Origin: Phoronis australis
Taxonomy: Eukaryota > Animalia > Phoronida
Direction: 5' to 3'
Assembly (NCBI GenBank): GCA_002633005.1
Contig: NMRA01000649.1
Location: forward strand, 43,608 to 107,607
DNA length: 64,000 bases
The notes under the pieces are model-generated. The model ran no database searches, was not told the origin of the DNA, and was given only the letters and a program-made list of their open reading frames with translations. The first letter of the stretch is position 1. Each line of letters starts with the position of its first letter. This document shows positions 60,701 through 64,000 of this stretch, piece after piece. Made by a program: the position numbers and the translations under genes.

Positions 60701-62020
60701 AAAAGGCCTCCTTATCTATTCTAGTCTACACCCATGTCCTGAGAATTAAATTTGCTTTTCTTTGGAACAACCCCCTTTGAGTCCATTGTCAACAGTTACA
60801 GAAACTTCAGCGTAATCGGGAATTTTACTTGTTATGTCGAACACTTACGAGCCACATCTATGACAAATCTGTCTGTTCGTCCTGGCCGACACCTGACATG
60901 CATTCTTGCTTTAAAGAGGCGTGGAACGTGAAAGCTAGTCAAAGATATTTTTTATATAATTCGTGACGAAAATACCTTCTCGCAACGTCTACTGCAGTTG
61001 TTCACTTTCCCATGTGAGGGAATTTCCACGAAAAATCACAAAATTCGAGATTTTATAAATATGTGCAAAGGAAAAACTCTGTAATCACCACAGAGTTTCT
61101 AATCAACATCCCACTAATGGTAAAATTAATGCTCTCAGTCATTCGACAAACAGCTGACTGACAAGAAGGTCGACACCGCAGTATGAGGCAAGCCAGTGAA
61201 ACGAGAGTTCCTAAAGAGAATTTCAAATGCATCAATTGTCTCTTAATCCGGCTGCTCCTTGAAGTCGCTTTACATCAAATGTCAAAGGTCACATTTTTAT
61301 TAAAAGGGAAATGTGCTACATCTATGATTTGCCACCAAATAAGGAGACGCGCTTTGCCTTGTGGGAGAAAAATCAACAAAATGACAAACAGTTGAAAGAT
61401 CTTTTTTTTTAAATTTGGAACTAAAAGAAAAATGCTTTGACATCTACAGAAAGTTAAAATCTTAATGAGCAAATGGTAAAAATATCTGGCAAACATATTT
61501 CAGTGGCTGAGAACCACTTTGAATAATGTAATTTAGTCCATTTTTCGTGTTCCATGCATCTTTAAGGTAGTCACATGAAAAATGTCCAAATTTGGCTAAC
61601 TTTGGAACTTTATATCTTGGAAATGGCAGATTGGATTCAGTTGAAATTTTCAGATACTATCGTTACATTTTGCTCATTGTTTTTAAATTACTAGTAGGAA
61701 TGCACCACTTTTGTATTTCTATTGGATTTTGATTTTACAGTAAATATTACATTGTAGTCCAGTGTGTGTTGCATGTAAATGGCTAAAAATTATGTTATTT
61801 CAGAAAATTGATGTTACATCCAAACTTGTCGATGATGTCATCAATGGGACACAGGAGTTCCTTCAGCCTAACCCTGCGTCCCGTGCCAAATTGATGACGC
61901 AGAGAACATGGTCCAAGATCCGTGGTCAGGCGCAGAACGCGGCTTACCCGCAGCCCGAGGGAAATCTCGGAGACAGCATGTTGAAACATGGCCGTGACTT
62001 AGGCAATGATTCTATGTTTG
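45662..62020 (+). CDS. SH3GL: Endophilin-A (SH3GL1/2/3 family N-BAR protein), first three coding exons; the rest of the gene presumably lies beyond the window
   Basis: Exons 45662-45706 (MSFAGFKKQINKANQ), 50010-50078 (FMSEKIGGAKGTELDDEFVEMER) and 61804-62020 (KIDVT...FLQPNPASRAKL...SKIRGQ...YPQPEG...MFG). All junctions are GT-AG; no further exon was recognised before 64000. Confidence 0.95.
46557..48082. mobile_element. 1.5-kb hAT-like non-autonomous element with 6-bp TSD CCTTGG
   Basis: CCTTGG|CAGGGATATACCTAG...CTAAGACACATCCCTG|CCTTGG; subterminal CTCGCC/GGCGAG repeats at both ends. Confidence 0.82.
50010..50078 (+). CDS. SH3GL: Endophilin-A exon 2
   Basis: ctattgtag|TTT ATG AGT GAA AAG...GAA CGG|gtaagt; 69 nt. 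Confidence 0.94.
56981..57380. mobile_element. Harbinger-like MITE
   Basis: Inverted ends CCACACGCAGACTTACCCTAGAAC and GTTCTGGGGTAAGTCTGTGTTTGG; internal CAAGTTACC repeats; related fragment at about 62480-62610. Confidence 0.6.
58325..58843. mobile_element. PIF/Harbinger (Tourist-like) MITE with TTA TSD
   Basis: TTA|AGGCCCTTTCACACTAAC...GTTAGTATGAAAGGGCCT|TTA. Confidence 0.85.
58963..59037. repeat. 12-bp minisatellite (CCACTTGGTATA), about 6 copies
   Basis: Direct tandem units visible in the sequence. Confidence 0.93.
59583..60069. mobile_element. Harbinger-like MITE related to 58325-58843
   Basis: AGGCCCTTTCCCA...TGGGAAAGACCT; shares CTGTTAAATCCA, CTGTTAACTT and GAAGTTAA motifs with the neighbouring element. 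Confidence 0.6.
61804..62020 (+). CDS. SH3GL: Endophilin-A exon 3 (BAR helix 1 and insert)
   Basis: tatttcag|AAA ATT GAT...TTT G|gtaggt; 217 nt inside ORF 61762..62031. Confidence 0.95.
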
Positions 62021-62959
62021 GTAGGTATTAGTTAACCAGCTGGCAATCAGCGTTGTATAGAGATAAGATGACTGGAAAATCAATTCATGTTGTTACATAT
62101 ATTAAGAATCTGTGTTTCTGTATGACTATTTTTGGATAGATTATCCAGCAAGATGGTATTTTTCACAGGAAGAACTTTTGGTATTCCTCCAAGTTAATGT
62201 CCAGACGTTCAAATTACAAATTTAAACGTCGGAATTCGTGTTGAAGCCTAACGTGCGCATTTAAAATCAAATTGCCATTTTTTTTTTCGAGTTTATGTGG
62301 GTATTCAGCTGATGTGCTAGGTAGGGGACTAATAGTCAAAGGAGTTGTGTGTGTGTGAATACACTTCCTGTACAACAGTTAAAAAGTTGGTATACGACAA
62401 ATAATGTGCTGATTTGAGTTGGAGGCAAGTGATCTGCACTTGTTTTGGGAACTGAAGTTAGAAATCTATCATCAACTAAGCTGGCGTCCACACTCAACAT
62501 GTTATTCCAAAACAAGTTACCCCAAGAACCAGTTGTCGCTAGGTTTGGCAGTGTGGACGTTATTTGTCCTGGGGCAACTTGACACACGTGTGACAACTTA
62601 ACCCACCTTACCCCCTCCCTTTCCCCACAAGTTGCACACCTTCCTTTCAGTGGTGCCTTCGTATTCGCGCTGGTTTTTTTTTTCTTAGCTGGAAAAAGTT
62701 CTATTGTGCCCGTGGCATTATTAACTCGAACCGTTCATTGGCGTTCTGCAACCAAATGACGGATAAATGGCCGAAAAACTGACGTGAGAAACGCAAGTGC
62801 TTTTTGGCCATCTTGAAAAGCACGGCATACGCAGAGCGATAATTTGTGTCATGATGCCAAATGTCGGGTGTATGGTGTGGATACTCAGCTGTCTGGGGCA
62901 TGATGCCCTTGAGAAAAAAATTTAGAAAATCTAAAAATATTGAAAGGTCCTGTTAGGGT

Positions 62960-63560
62960 AGCTTTTAGTGTGGACTTTATTGTATGACTTAACCTTTACA
63001 AATGCTTATCTAAGGCGGAAACATGGCCGTCTATTAGACAAAAGTTATCTTGCTACGACGAGTCTTCACTCATCTAGGGTATAGTTCACTAATTCTAGAA
63101 CCTCGCTAATAAGGAAATCTCCGCCAGATTACGTGAGATATTGCCATGTATTTTAAATAAGAACACGTGATTTGGCTAGATTTTAGCTAGGTCCTAGCCT
63201 TATTGTAATTTACCCTTTATAGCTGTGTATAACTTCTGGATGTATTGTCTTGCGAGATGATACACCGTAAATATAAATTACATGAAAATTCCCGTAATAT
63301 ACTCTGAAGACTTTGAATTTTCATGTTCATTGAGATCATGTCTCTGCTACTGGAGACTTTAATGCCAACATCGGCGCATATACGGTAGATTATTAGGAGA
63401 CTGTCTGTCAGTTGTGTGGTTTTATCGCAGTTATCGGCAGGTGTCCCTGTCTAAAACTCCACAGCAGGTGTTGGTTTTATTTGATATTTTTTCAGGTATT
63501 CACTATTCTACTTTTGTAAGCAATTTTATTTCATTTATCATCCGACCGTTATATGATTCT
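62960..63560 (+). pseudogene. Possible highly decayed LINE APE endonuclease remnant
   Basis: TGDFNANIG at about 63349-63375, preceded by FIAVY (about 63215) and followed by SSDRYMI (about 63540, like SDHxxI), with many stops and frameshifts. Boundaries are approximate. Confidence 0.4.
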
Positions 63561-64000
63561 TCAAATTAAAAAATACACCTGCATGACATTTTTAGCACCA
63601 TCTTGAGACAACTTTGATGTATCGGTTAACTGTCAAAAGCGTTCTGAAATGTTCAGCCAATTCCCCAGTTTACACCAATGTTCCTGTAGTACTGGAGTTG
63701 AGTTGTTATGAACCGTCCTTTCTATACCATCTGCAGCACGGCTCCCATGAAGGCGCATTTGCAAACCTTTTTGTGGAAATGTATGTGTTTAGTCTGCAGC
63801 TTGGTGTTGGCTAAAATGTCTGGTCGTAGTTTCTAAAAGGTGACTAGTATTGAAACTTTGGAATTCATAAATGTTTATTCATGTGTTGTCTGAGAAAAAC
63901 AGATTTATTTCAGAAGTCAGAAGTATTTTACTTGGTGTTTGATAAAAAATAAATGAATACCTGTTGCTGGTGAGCCATACGATGCAGGTCGTAAAAACAA

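Overview
AT-rich, intron-rich animal genomic DNA, probably from an invertebrate bilaterian; the species cannot be determined from the sequence. It has a 62-N gap at 8314-8375 and a single N at 39043. Three spliced genes can be rebuilt by hand with GT-AG junctions in consistent phase. (1) A basonuclin (BNC1/BNC2/disco family) on +, with exons 9032-9134, 14745-14983 and 17060-19768; the 5' exon(s) were not found and it has three C2H2 finger pairs. (2) A complete 14-exon chromatin assembly factor 1 subunit A (CHAF1A/p150) on -, 45173 to 26768, about 947 aa. (3) The first three coding exons of endophilin-A (SH3GL family) on +, starting at 45662, head-to-head with CHAF1A with 488 bp between start codons. 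The best finding is this BNC-CHAF1A-endophilin-A block, which appears to combine linkages that humans retain on separate paralogons (SH3GL1/CHAF1A, BNC1/SH3GL3, BNC2/SH3GL2). Introns are dense in non-autonomous DNA transposons, including CAGGG-ended elements with unusual 6-bp target-site duplications, a three-terminus foldback with a 10-bp TSD, a Harbinger fossil with transposase remnants and nested MITEs. LINE fragments, minisatellites and a probable haplotype-junction duplication are also present. I found no CRISPR, rRNA or intact tRNA, and nothing I can support as a wholly new biological system.
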